From Antedon mediterranea (lineage: Eukaryota > Animalia > Echinodermata), in contig NC_092679.1 of the NCBI RefSeq assembly GCF_964355755.1, positions 13,623,432 through 13,687,431 on the forward strand: a stretch of DNA of 64,000 bases, given 5' to 3'. Both the position numbers and the translations under genes were made by a program. Every line of letters starts with the position of its first letter. The stretch's first letter is position 1. Shown here piece by piece: positions 12,390 to 25,311 of the stretch. The notes under the pieces were generated by a model. That model did not search any database. It was not told the DNA's origin and was given only the letters and a program-made list of their open reading frames with translations.

Positions 12390-12922
12390 GATTATAAAGT
12401 TTGGAAAGCATACTGCTGTGGCCAGTCAAATGTAATTTTCGAGCGGTACCAATAAAACAAATCAACAGGAAGGAGAATATTTTCCAAATGTTTTGATTCG
12501 CCTACGCAAGCAAGCGTCCACATGTGTGTTTAGAAATCTAAACGATGAGACTATACGCGATTGAATAGTTTATGGAATACGTGACAAGGATATCTGGAAG
12601 GAGCTGTTGCAGGAGCCAAAACTCACCTTGGAGTCAAAACTTAAGGTAAAACCTTATGAACTTTCTGATAAAGTTACAAATGTAATGTTAAATACTGATG
12701 ATATAAATGCTATTGACAACGATAATGACAAGTCTAGCAGTAGGTCTATTAACTAGCGATTTAGTGCTTAAATTGGACCAGGTCGTAGTAACGAAAGCTA
12801 TGCGTCAAAGTGTTCGCAAGGAACTACATAGTGCACACTCGGGTCTAGCTTGCACTTTGCGAAGAGCGTGGGAGTGTGTGTTCTGGCCAGGAATGAATGC
12901 AGAGCTTAAAGATTATTTGTGA
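12390..12922 (+). mobile_element. Decayed Gypsy gag and integrase zinc-binding fragments
   Basis: IRLRKQASTCVFRNLNDETIRD*IVYGIRD..LLQEPKLTLE, and VRKELHSAHSGLACTLRRAWECVFWPGMNAELKDYL. Confidence 0.7.
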
Positions 12923-13307
12923 GAGGGTCTTGTAGAGAACACTAATTAAATCTTATAGTCTTCTAATCTACAACACGAGGAGGCATAGAAGCTCATCATC
13001 TACAACATGACGTCGTAACCAAGCAGTAAGGTGATAAAGATCTCTGATAGAGATCAAAACGTTCTGACTAAACTGATTAAACTGAAACTTATTCAAACAT
13101 TTTATAGTGTAACATTATTGTTGTACAGAAACGACAGCAATACTTTTCTTTATGTTAATACATCAACATTGCACAATAGAAATATAATTACATGTATGAA
13201 AACCTGAAATGCACGAATAATTTATTATAAATACTAATTTTGCGATAAAATGTACAATTAAGAAACAATTATGTAAAACAAAATATGATTGCAATTTGTA
13301 ATACCAT

Positions 13308-16300
13308 CTACTTGAATAAGTCTTGTATATGTGTCTTGATGTCCTCAAACTGTTTATCAGGTAAAGCCACCTGTTTTAGAATTTCTATAACTGTTTCTTC
13401 TGTCAATTTATTGTAGTCTTCTTCACCTAAAAAATTGCAAATTTAAATTAATTCATTATTTTAATTGGTTTCTCACAAGTACCGTACTGACGCGGGTATA
13501 AGCCCATACTCGGGTATAAGCCCACCCCCGACTTTTGACTAATTTTCATGAAAAATGAGGCACTCGGGTATAAGCCCACCCATTAATTCAAAGATCTACA
13601 GTGTGTGTATTATTTTGTATTTGGCGACGTCCATGCACCGAATACACCTACCTTTGATCATAACCAAGCTAGGCTAATATACGCTAGGCCATATGAGGCC
13701 TAGCGGTCCTGTTTTGTTTACACTCCATCGCGGTCGAAGATCGCTTCACACACGACGCTACAAGACGCCAAAACGGAAAACCACTATTTGGTATCGGCTG
13801 CAATAAACAAGCTTATTAAATTTCTTTGGTACATTTCTATTTAACGAACATTGTATACTTGCTTTTCTGCTTGATAAATTCTTGTACAATTGATGTTTAA
13901 AATAAGATATTCTACGATAAATTACACGAACTATAAGCTTGATTTCCGACACTCTACACCTCGTGTATTTAGAGGCAACGTCGTACACGTGAGGGCGCTC
14001 GCTCGCATGGTAGAATACACAGTGTACATGTGCTGTTTTTGACGATCTGCATTTTTGGATCCTCGGGTATAAGCCCACCCCCCAAACTTGACGTGATTTC
14101 ATGTTCAAGGGGGGTGGGGCTTATACCCGCGTCAGTACGGTAGTTATTTTAATTCTATTCCTATTCATTCATACAAAACCATTAAAAAGTACTGAAGCAA
14201 TTTCACCCACTTCCCCCTTGTCTGTCAAATTAACGATTCCTTATTTTAATATGTACAGTATTTGCCCAATATTACATGGTCAATACGGACATATTATTAC
14301 CATGAATAAGTGCATTTTGTAGGATTGTAGATAATAAATAAATCATTTTGTTTGACAAATCCAAAAGAAATTACTCACATTCTTTAGCTTTCGCCATCTT
14401 GGCTGATGGCTTGATCACAAGTGATCCGGTCCACTACTACTTCCTGGAAATCTGTTGTTATTGTTTCTAGGTGACGTCATACTTTTTCGTAGCAGTGATG
14501 TGTATACGTGATCGAGATATATGTATATGTTAGAGATAATTCAAAAAGACAGTACACAAAAACTTACTGACCACCTCAACTCCATCGATCCAACGGGCAA
14601 CATCAAGTTCACGTTTGAGGAAGAAGATCAGGGAAAAATCCCCTTCCTGGACACATTAATCGTCAGGAAAGAAGATGGGTCACTGAAATTACTGGTGTAC
14701 AGGAAAAAGACACACACTGACCAGTACCTGAATTTCCAATCCCAACACCCGCTACACCAAAAGCTAGGGGTCATCAGAACGCTCATGGATAGAATGGAGA
14801 ACATAGTTACAGAGGAGGCGGATAAGAAAGAAGAAGAAGTTAAGATCAGGAATGCGCTTAGGAAATGTGGATACCCCAAGTGGTCACTGGACAGAGTCAA
14901 ACAACAAATAAAAAATAAACAACCAAAGCAAAGGAAGAAGAACAAAGAGTCGGAGACACCATCTAAGGGTATGGTTGTTTTACCTTATATCGAGGGAGTG
15001 GCAGAACAAGCTCAAAAGATTTTTAAGAAATATGGTATTTCCACCGCCATGCGTCCAACGAACACTCTTAAAAGCATTTTAGTCCACCCCAAAGACAAGA
15101 AGGACATCACCCAAACAAGTGACATTGTTTACGACATCCCTTGCAAAAGTTGCAAGAAATCGTATATTGGGGAAACAGGTCGTCAATTTGGAGTAAGACT
15201 GAAAGAACACCAAAAAGACACTGAAACGGTCACCGATCGTAAATACACTCGGGCAACAAGAAAGGAATCAACATCCGAAATCCACAAATCCGCCATCACA
15301 GACCATGCAGCGCAAGAAAACCATATCATCGATTGGGATGGGGCAAAAATTCTTGACAGAGACTCTAACCCATTCAAGCGTAGAATCAGAGAGGCAATCC
15401 AAATCAGAAAGAGGGGGACTAACGCAATCAACCGCGACGAAGGGGCTGTATATCTCGATCACGTATACACATCACTGCTACGAAAAAGTATGACGTCACC
15501 TAGAAACAATAACAACAGATTTCCAGGAAGTAGTAGTGGACCGGATCACTTGTGATCAAGCCATCAGCCAAGATGGCGAAAGCTAAAGAATGTGAGTAAT
15601 TTCTTTTGGATTTGTCAAACAAAATGATTTATATATTATTACCATTTTTACATCCAACATTGAGTTTTGAAGAAAGAAATGTCTTAGGCTGTGATTTACA
15701 ACACCCTTCTTACTTCACACCCTTACTATATAGAACTGAGCAGTTCATACATAAATGGATGCTAGCTGCTGTGTTGTGAACAGGAAGGTCAGTTACAGCC
15801 AAACATCTGCTGGTATGTTCACATCTTCTCATAAGATTTAACCGGTCCTCAGGCAGCCTTTCCAGGTGGTTTAGTAAATACAAGGAATCCATGTCTGTTT
15901 ATACAACACACCAACGTAGAACCGTATTGAGTTAGTATGTTGTATAAACAGACCTTTAAGCTCCATCTACACTATCAAACTAGTTTGACAAAGTGTGATG
16001 TGTCCAATGGTAGTGATATGCCCCAATATGGTAGTGACACAGTATAACATCATCATGGCCATATATAGGCACACATTTTTTTGTCACATAAAGTTTGATA
16101 ATGTAGACAGAGCTTTAGACGTAGGTAAGCTTACCTAAGCACTGTCAATCAGATGGATAATATAAGTATTATTATTTTGTGTGGAGTTTAATTTAACACA
16201 AAACAACTTACATTTAACTAGAATATGTCCTGAAAGTTCACACACTGCTGGATTGAAAGCCATAAAGGTCTTAGCACCTGAAATTTTAATAATCATGTAA

Positions 16301-19300
16301 GTAATATTGTGTGCACTCTAAAAAACCTATGGCAAGTTTTGTGATGAGTAGGGTGTTACCCCGGCGTACTGGTTCAAATTCAGTCGCTCCTGTTAATTTC
16401 ACAGCAGTTATAGACGTTCTGTGTAGATTTTTGCTTGGTGTAATATTTCTTATACAGGAAATACAATTAAGTTCAGATAAATCATAGATCATGATGTATA
16501 ATTGCAAGGAGTGTTAAGAAATATAACAGGGTTGTGTTTTATATATTAGTTAATCGGACAATTGACCAAAAGGACAACTTTTGATGAGTAACCAATGAAG
16601 ACCTTTTGTCAGAATTTAATTATGGTATTTAGAGGATATCCAGCATAAACAGGCACATTATAGCAAAATAATTTGCGTAATGAAAGTCATGCTTCATCGA
16701 CTTACCATAGAATGATTGTCTAGGATATATATAAACTCTTATTGTCCTTCCATCTGGTCTCCTTTCCAGACAATCTCCTCTTGTTAAGAATACATTGTGA
16801 GCAGTGTTGTTTGCATGCAAATATGAAGTCACTTTGTATATATCTCTAGAAGAAATTTTGAATGTTTCATGAAAACTATACAAATATGTTTCAGTTGAAC
16901 ATTTTAAGTACAGTAGAACCTGTGTTTTACGTTCCCTGGATTTTACGTACGCTTAAAATAACCAATGACGTCATCATTTTCTTACATTGAAGACGCAATT
17001 TAACAAAAACAAACAGCCATGGCTGTGTGAGGAATACGTGCATTCCCCCTACAGCAGCGACTGTTTTTGTTGATAGAAAATACAGGAACATTGATATTTT
17101 ATTTATAACACTTAAACGCACAGGCTGTATAATACTGTACTTTTCTAGTTAGGCTAGGCCTGCTAGCCTGGCCTGAATAGTCTAGGCAAGGCCTAGCTAG
17201 TGGCTGCCACATCGAGTGTGCTATCATCTGGGATATTCCAAATTGACTAGGCCTACCTACCTGCCTATGTTCAGTAATAAACAATGGGTAATGACACCTT
17301 TCAAGCGTGGTATAGCCTAGCCCACCTACCGTAGGCCTATGATAATTTTGTTAATAAATAGACTTTTTAACTGACATTTGCAATTCCTTTTTTACCATGT
17401 GGGTGGACATCGCCTGACATATTGTGGCATGCGACATATTAATAAAATGTCACACGTGTGCTTGGCTTGGAAGTTGATAGATGGCTGTTAATTTGTAAAA
17501 CAAAGGCTTAAGAAATGCTTTTGTTTAAATACTGGGCGTCATTTTTAACAATGCCAGGAGTGTTAATTGTGAAATAATAATTGGGAAAATGTTGTTCAAT
17601 TTCAATTTATCTTGTGATCTGTATCATCTTCATATGCATTCTACATACATTATTAATCTATATAAATTAAACTCACTTGGTTAAGCTTTGTAAATCTGAC
17701 CCATTAAGTTGAAGAACAAATGATCTCACTGGCCAATCAGTGGTCTCAAACAAAGTACCTTCAACCTGTTGACATTCCTATAAATATAATTAATACACCA
17801 GATTTCAGAAAGAAAGGAAAACAATTTAATCACAATTTAGAAATATTTCACCAGTCAAAGTAAATACAACACCAAAGAACTTTATTGTATATCCCCTTAC
17901 ACAGAATCCCCATATACAGACTTATCTGAAACAGTGTAACTTAAAGTCATACACAAGATACATAAATACTGAATTGTAGACACGACACAATATATGTATG
18001 TATTCAATTTACAAAACTACCAACACAGAATTGGATTTAGTTTGGCAGTGTAAAAAGGGTATTAAGTATGATTTAAATTTTGCAACACATGGTTATAGCT
18101 GGTCTACAATAAGTAGATAAATACGCACTTTTCTTACTGAAAATAAAATTTAAAAGTTTTCACCCTAGAACTATAAGACAACTATTTATGCTACAGTATC
18201 TTTGATGAAAAGAATATTATTCTTTAGTATAAATGAGCCTTTATCCAAGTTAATTTAGAATTGTTCGATAGTCAAATGAGTAACTGTCAGTCTTATAATG
18301 TACGTTGTCACTAATGTAATAAATTATTAGGGTTAGCTTCATTTAAAGTTACCCTAAATTAAAATTCAATTTTTATTTATGAAAGCTATTAAAAGATACT
18401 TACAGTAATTTCAGTATAGAGGTTTCTCTCCAAGTAATATGCATGGAAATGTAAATGGTTGACGGATGCAAAAGCACACAGGCTATTCCAGGCAAGTCGT
18501 AAACTCCTACAATAAAAATATTATAAAAAAAAAAACAAATATCAGAAAAGTGCATCCAAAGCTAAAAATGTCCATAATACTTTATTAATAGTTTATCAGA
18601 TGGACAGATGGGTAAAGAATTAAATTGAGAGATTTTTCTGTTGTTTTTCCACGTATAAACTGCCATACAGAACACAGACATAAACTAGTATTATAAAGGT
18701 AGAGGAAAATACTTTGAATGATCTTACTTTTTTGAACTCAGAAGCATCATCTCCAGAGCTAGCTTTATGCTTATTTGATTGAGAATCTACAAACATCAAG
18801 AGAATAAATTTAAAAAAAAACACAATAATATAGCATAATATTTGTAGGTGAGAACGTCAACACTCCTAATTTGAATATTATAAGTGGCAGGTGTTAAGTC
18901 AAGATATGTAGATACTAAATCACAGTACAGAGTACAGTACATAATTCCATGCTTGAGTGATTATAATAGTATTAATTAATATTATAATTATATTATTATA
19001 ATAATTTAACAATTCATAAAGCAAATCACAGGTAAATGATTGCACCCTAGTTAATAAACCCAATGAAAATAAGAGTTCTTCACGTTCTCAGAATTCCATA
19101 GGTTTTAATGATTTTTTTATATCCCTCTTAAACATTTCCTACATATATTTATATCATTCTGTATTATGAAATTGACATTTTTATCTATAATAATATAATA
19201 ATGTTTAACATGTCAACAGTAGCTATGAGCGCTCACTGGCTAAACCCAGGGGCCCTAGAGCTTACAGGGCCCCCCAAGAAGGGCCAAATGAAACAACAGG

Positions 19301-21683
19301 CATTAAATAATTATGTTGAAAAAGTCTAAAACGCCTAGAAGTCTCCAGCGTTGGAGGGCCACTTACGGTTCCAAAACCAAGGGCCTCAGACCTCTGTGTT
19401 ACGCCATTGCTTGTCAATGAATATTTTTATAGGCATTTTATAGTGAAAGGAAAAGGAATAGAATGGAAAGGGCTAGATGGAAGCAAATGATTCACAACAG
19501 TAACTCAAAAACAAATGATTTGTGGTGGTTCCAAAGAAAGTGAAATAACTGAAAGAAGTTTTGAATTTACTTGTGGAAAACAGCTGTTGATATGTGGCAC
19601 CAATAGAACGTTGCAATATTCTAAAGGACTAATGTTGATTATAACTAGATGCGGATTGTGTTCTTTCTCTGCAGTAATGTTGTTCTGCTGAACATCCAAT
19701 CTATTCCCAACATGGTTGCTTACAGGTTTCATCTCAAACAGTATCTGAAAAGTGATTATTATATTATTAAGAAAAAAGATAAATAAAAAATACTGGAGTT
19801 GAGTAATTATTAGAAGTTTCACGTCTAATCCTGGACGCATCATCATTCATCATTATTATTTCAAACAGGGTTCAATTATTACAGTCAAGTATAGTATAAT
19901 AAAAATGCACTGAGCACCAGATCTGTAATTTATAAGTTTTAGTTTGTAAACACTCAGGCTAGCATATTGACTAGTAGGAAACCCTACAGCTACATCATGA
20001 GGACATTTCTCAAATGATCAAAATAAAAACAGTACTGGGCTTGATCTACTAGCATTCCTCCACCCAAAAGTGTAATAGTTGGATGTAATGGTTGCCCTGT
20101 TTAGCCTTTTAACATACTATTTTAATTGGTGATTACAATTAATACTCCTTATAATAGCTGAAGTTCGCAATATGATAATTTCTTGAAGCTAAAATTTACG
20201 CTCTCTACTAACAGCGTGGTTAGTGTCACTTTCTGACACCACCAATGCATCTTCAGTAGTTCAATTTCACAAAGTCGTGACATTAGGAGGTTTTTTTTTC
20301 AGACAATGAACACTACCCCAATGAAATTGAACATATTTAGAACCTACCTCATGCTTCTTTACTTTAGTGAAATTAAATCTTTCATGATTGAATGGCTGAT
20401 CTATACTAGATATCTGTTCAGGCTTCCTCCTCTCAGTGGCTCGTTTAGTATTCAACTATTGAAAAGGAAAAACAAACACCATTTGTTTTAAAATAGTAAT
20501 GAAGACAGTACATCACCATTTGTTTCACAATAGAAATTCTTGCATGAATAACTTAATATGTCTGGGATCAATTTGAAATAGATTCACACTTTCCCATTTG
20601 TGGATGGATAGACAATGGATGCTGAACTGCCAAGGGAATGACATGACTCCTTAGAGCAGGATATGACCCCTTAGAGCAGGATGTGACCCCTTAAAGCCTG
20701 ACATGACCCCTTGGAGCATGACGTGACCCTGTGGAACATGTCTGTGACACAAAATTTGCATTTTCAATCTTTACCATTAAATTTATTCTGAAGTATCAAT
20801 AATTTTAAAATAATTCAATATATTTTCTGAAAATGTCCAAATTGCTGTATAAAGTAATTTTTTTTCCAACTGATGTCGCAATTACTGTGGGAGCTTCCGA
20901 TTTGATACAACCGATGACTTTGCATTATATCTGTCATTACAACAAAAATACTTAGTGGTCGATATGATAAAGCGATCGCTATTTGCCATGAAAGACTCTG
21001 TTTCTTTTTGGAATTTGGTTGCAAAATTCCACGAAATATGAAGGCTTAATAAAAGTTATAAATAGTTTCTATATATTGGCATCATACTATTTTTACCTGT
21101 AATACAAATTTGTATTTGTCAGAAATAATCTTTGTCTGCAAGTCATCAAGTTTGTAGCGGAAGATTCCTGCTTCCATGGCAGCATCCCACTCAGAACAAA
21201 GCTTTTCATCAAACTGATAACAGGAAACATCCAATTATTCAATATTAAGATTATCAAGATTAAGTCAAATAAAAGATTGTAATGATGTTTGGATTGATGA
21301 AAACCTTTTTTCGATATCACATGTTTGATGTTCAAAATAGCATGTACTGGACAAGTACAAAAGTTTCAGATGTCTTCAAAAGGTTTTTCTGAGAGTGTGC
21401 TAAAAGTATAGAAAATTAAAGATATTTTTAATTATTATCAATTTTATAGCATTATAAATATTTTCTTATACTTGGAAAATGTTTAGGTTTTGCTTGTTTG
21501 TAGATATCAAAAGATGTTCATGATTAAGTAGATATTATGATTACAATACGCTCTTCTATGAAGGAGTAGATAAAGCCACTGTCAATAGTAAACCATGGAT
21601 ACCTTGCTATGAATATTCTCATCCCTTTCTGTCCATCTTGTAGGGGCAGATGCTAAGCCTTCAACGGCATATGTAAATTCCAT
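13308..21683 (-). CDS. GDPGP1: GDP-D-glucose phosphorylase 1 (HIT-like, VTC2 family), ~355 aa, 10 coding exons
   Basis: Phase-consistent GT-AG exons: 21683-21603, 21213-21097, 20455-20348, 19744-19571, 18786-18728, 18506-18404, 17777-17677, 16845-16706, 16277-16212, 13426-13308. Motifs: FDEKLCSEWDAAMEAGIFRYKL, QLNTKRATERRKP, FNFTKV, VIINISPLEYCNVLLVP, WNSLCAFASVNHLHFHAYY, AHNVFLTRG, FNPAVCELSGH. An upstream in-frame exon 21806-21771 (MKTGPPINGILP) is possible. Confidence 0.93.
13482..14140. mobile_element. Tc1/mariner-type (Tc2/pogo-like) MITE in the last GDPGP1 intron
   Basis: TIR CCGTACTGACGCGGGTATAAGCCC / GGGCTTATACCCGCGTCAGTACGG, flanked by TA on both sides; repeated ctcgggtataagccca motifs. 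Confidence 0.9.
14375..14424 (-). ncRNA. Second copy of the hammerhead ribozyme, in the inverted pLTR (sense to the GDPGP1 pre-mRNA)
   Basis: Reverse complement of 15546-15595. Confidence 0.72.
14521..15555 (+). CDS. Penelope-like RT C-terminus and GIY-YIG endonuclease (5'-truncated, uninterrupted)
   Basis: IKFTFEEE..IPFLD..VYRKKTHTDQYLNFQSQHP; IVYDIPCKSCKKSYIGETGR..RLKEH; H..DWD..ILDR..RRIREAIQI..INRDEG. Confidence 0.9.
   Translation: MYMLEIIQKDSTQKLTDHLNSIDPTGNIKFTFEEEDQGKIPFLDTLIVRKEDGSLKLLVYRKKTHTDQYLNFQSQHPLHQKLGVIRTLMDRMENIVTEEADKKEEEVKIRNALRKCGYPKWSLDRVKQQIKNKQPKQRKKNKESETPSKGMVVLPYIEGVAEQAQKIFKKYGISTAMRPTNTLKSILVHPKDKKDITQTSDIVYDIPCKSCKKSYIGETGRQFGVRLKEHQKDTETVTDRKYTRATRKESTSEIHKSAITDHAAQENHIIDWDGAKILDRDSNPFKRRIREAIQIRKRGTNAINRDEGAVYLDHVYTSLLRKSMTSPRNNNNRFPGSSSGPDHL
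15546..15595 (+). ncRNA. Minimal type I hammerhead ribozyme (G3-C8 core variant) in the Penelope pLTR
   Basis: ucacuu GUGAUCA a gccauc agccaa gauggc GAAA gc UA aagaau guga: core GUGAUCA..GAAA, 6-bp stem II, palindromic AGCU stem III, stem I ucac-uu/aa..guga. Confidence 0.75.
15959..16115. mobile_element. Short palindromic MITE (Harbinger-like)
   Basis: agctccatctacactatcaaact ... agtttgataatgtagacagagct inverted ends in a TTA/TAA context. Confidence 0.6.
20641..20748. repeat. 20-bp minisatellite, ~5 copies, intronic
   Basis: Unit atgaccccttagagcaggat, degenerating rightwards. Confidence 0.8.
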
Positions 21684-24289
21684 ATTCTGGAAAACAAAAA
21701 CATCAATATAACATATATACTTAATATGGCTGTAGTGTTAATAAACATATCAAAAAATTGTTTACTTTACGGGAAGTATGCCATTGATAGGAGGGCCAGT
21801 CTTCATGAATAGGTATTATGTCTAAGCATGTTAAAGTGCAATGTTTATTCTAACCAAAAGCGACATTCCAGTATTTAACTAGGCCAACTAGCCTAGGCCT
21901 AGACCAAATAAATAGCGCATGGTTGCTCAATTTAAATGGCTGGGTATGGGAAACTACACACAAGCACATGTGTCTAAAAAATCTGTTTGCAATGTAGTTT
22001 ATTCAACTTCTTTCAGAATGTTGATTGTTTGCACATCATCTTGCTGCTCACGTACCAAAGATTTATACGTGCTATTAACCTTCCTTGCCTTGTTGGTAGG
22101 GAGATCTGTTGTTTTTGTAGGCAAGTGAACCATATTACACATACATTTTAAATTAGTTTGTTAATTAAAAAATTAGAAATATTATTTCAATGATAAATCA
22201 CTTTAGCCGTAGCTTATTAAACCCAATAAACATAGGTCTGTTACCACATACAACAGAATAATGATGTTATACTAATAAGGGCACGTTGCTGTTGGTACTA
22301 CTTTACTAGCTAGGCTACATATCTCTACCGAAAACGCACTAATGCATAAAATGCCATTTCATAAAATAATGTGTTTCTGGCGGCGACTCAACTTGTCGGC
22401 AGCTCAATTTGGCCTAATCCATTGCTCCCTTGCATTGAAATAATGTTGTTGGGTTTTGTGTCGGATGATCGGAATGATCTTAGTGCTCGCTCCTCTGTCC
22501 AACATCTGGAATCTGAAGGTGGGACTGATAGGGGAGGCTCTGCGGAAAGGGGGTTACAGTAGGTTGCGATAAGGCTCGCTATAGATCTGTCGAAATGTTT
22601 GCAATGGAACAGTGGCTGGGGTCAGCAGAGTCTGAGTATTCTGGGGACTTATCTGTCAGTAGTAAGGGCGCAGGGGCAATAAAAAATGCTCTTAAGAAGG
22701 CGGGGTGTCCCGGGAAGGACGATATCCGTTCATGGAAACCTTGGCAAAAGCTTCAGTTTATGAACTTTCGGGAATTCTCTCGCTCTTCAGATGACCGAGA
22801 AGGGGGTTATTCTTGTGAGGAGGAGGCTCCTATGTGGGGTCGGTTGATGAGTATGTGGCGGCTCTCCGGTACAAGGCTGGGGAAAGGTCCTCATGGAGTG
22901 AGAGAAATGAGTATAGCGAATATGGGGCTCCAAGTTTTCGAGTGGGATATGATAAATCTCAATGGGAAGATGTTGGTGAAGGCCGACAATAGGCACCCAT
23001 GGGGTGGACATAGATCGGGGAATGAGTTCTCCGGGGATAGTACCTAGGACCGTCCTGAATATCGTCGAAGGGATAGGTGAACGAGACCATCACATACATG
23101 TTGGCCTACCCAGGAATCGGATTGGACTTTGGGCCGATCCGGGAGGTGGGACGACGGGTACCAGGAGTCGAAGTTTCCTCCTCCAGGCCGAACTAGAAAC
23201 TGCATTCCAAAATGAAACGGAGACATTAGTATTCGACCGGGTATTAACTTTAAAGAGGAAAGCATTCAAGCCGCTTTCCAATGAATGGATACAGGGGCAT
23301 TCAGCGATGAAGTTCTGTATTGGATGCCGTAACACGGGGGTGTGGAAATTGGTACTTTTGGAAAACTGCGCTACTCTGTCTGATGCGCTAAGAAAGTACA
23401 AAAAAACAGCTTCCAGTCCCTCTACTGTATAAATGGGGAAAAGAGATAGCATCACCATCACCCCAGACAAGGTCTCCAACAATCTCGACTAGGCGGATTG
23501 CACAACCACGTTCACCTTCTTCCACTCCTGTCTAACCAGAGGACAAAGATAGTGAAGGGGGAGGGGGGGGGGTGGAGTCCGGTTAGTCAAGCGTAGACCA
23601 GAGATTGAGAACCGGGGATTTTGCAGACAACCACCTAGAGGGGGCCCCAAGATCCGACCAGTTAGGTAAAGAGGGTTATGGCAATAGAGGCGGATTTGGC
23701 CCCGGTTAAGGGATTTTTAAAAAGTGTCTTGGAGATAGTAGAGGGCAGGGATCGAATGGGTGGGGGTGCAGGGCTGCCACTCCCTCCTCCAGCCACTACT
23801 ACTACCTGGGACCGCTGCTTTAAATGCAATGAGGTGGGTCATTTTTAAAGGGAATGCCCAAAATTTGCACGGGAAGTTGGGGAACAGGAAGATCCTTTAA
23901 ACGAATAGGGGTCGGGGGTTGACCACAGACTGCCATCATTCTGAAGGCTCGTGCGCTAAGAAGCGGTACAGGGTTCCCCAGGTGGGGATCCTCTGGGAGT
24001 GTCCGTGGACACCAGCATGTTAAGGGAACCATGCATTTAGTAAATAGGGTGAAGTCGGCGACAGTGTTTGTAAATGGGGTTTACACGGTAGCTGTAGTAG
24101 ATACCGCCGCTGATTTTGTCAGACCGGGTATTTGCCAAGCTGGACACCGCCCCACCAATAATTGCGGAGCTTTCCTTCAAATTAGCAGGGAGGGGGGGGG
24201 GCGCTTCTATGCCGGGGTACAGGGTAGGCCCAGTCACTTTCGCATAAGGTTCCGAGGTATACAAGTAGAGAGGGCGCTATGTAATGAAG

Positions 24290-25311
24290 ACGTACAGTTA
24301 CTGAGCTCCGTCAAAGCTAAATCTTATCGAACTCCCAAAAGTAAGTTAAAGGATGAAATAAACTAAACGTAAGTTTTAAACAGCTTCTACAATCAAATAA
24401 AAGTAAAATAAGAAGTCGATTGTAAATGCAGTTTCTTGCAAAGTATCCTCAATAATTGGTGCCATATGTCATATAAAAAATTTAGTATCTACTCAAGTGT
24501 TACTTACCATATACAAGACACTTATATTACCAGTGTTGACATGGTATTATTTATTGTATGGGATGCGGGAAACAAAGAAAATTTGGATCGCCTTCTATTG
24601 CTTCAGAAAAAAGCTCTTAGGATCATTTGTAAGGTAGACTTTCATCATCCCTCTTCTCAGCTCTTTGTGAAAACGGGCACATTTAATATATTTGATTTGT
24701 ATAAAAACAGTGTTTTAAATTTTATGTTTAAATACCAAAAAGGACAACTTCCAAAATGTTTTAATTCCTTATTCAGTTTATTTGATAATTATCATACATA
24801 TAACACTCGAAATAAAGACAATTATTGTATAAAATTAAAATCAACTAATATGGGTCAGCAAAGTATAGCATATAGAGGACCTAAGCTATGGAATCAACTT
24901 ATAAGAAATATGAGAGAGAGTGAAAATATATCAATATTTAAAAAACTATTACTAAATAAATGCATTAATAGTTATAAAGAAACAATATATCTTTGCGAAA
25001 ACAACATTTGTAAAATATGTCTAACTTTGACTTAATTAATTACATTTTCATATATATTCTGAGACTGTGATGTATATATATATATATATATATATTATAT
25101 TATAGTACGTTGTATTTTCCTTCATTTATTTACTACATGAAAAAATTTTTGTAATATATTTGTAAATTTATATTTTAAGTTAGGGTGCCACAGATTAAAA
25201 GCTTTGCTTACTTGTAGTTATCCTGTTTTTCACACTTTATTGTACTTAATTTTTTATTTATATTTTTATGAATGTTGTGTGAAAAATAAAAAAATCAATT
25301 AATCAATCAAT
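24290..25311 (+). mobile_element. 5'-truncated CR1/L2-group LINE inserted in the Gypsy protease
   Basis: LDRLLLLQKKALRIICKVDFHHPSSQLF..HTYNTRNK..SIAYRGPKLWNQL; 3' UTR ends aataaa..(aatc)n. The 5' boundary is approximate. Confidence 0.8.

Larger units (their letters stand above)
14304..15632 (+). mobile_element. 5'-truncated Penelope-like retroelement with an inverted upstream pseudo-LTR
   Basis: RT-thumb plus GIY-YIG ORF. 14338-14521 is the reverse complement of 15449-15632. 13-bp direct repeat ATATTATTACCAT at 14291-14303 and 15633-15645. Confidence 0.93.

Noticed and set aside
21214-21399. Extension of the GDPGP1 exon to an acceptor at 21400
   Set aside because: It contains in-frame stops; the acceptor at 21214 gives the correct frame.
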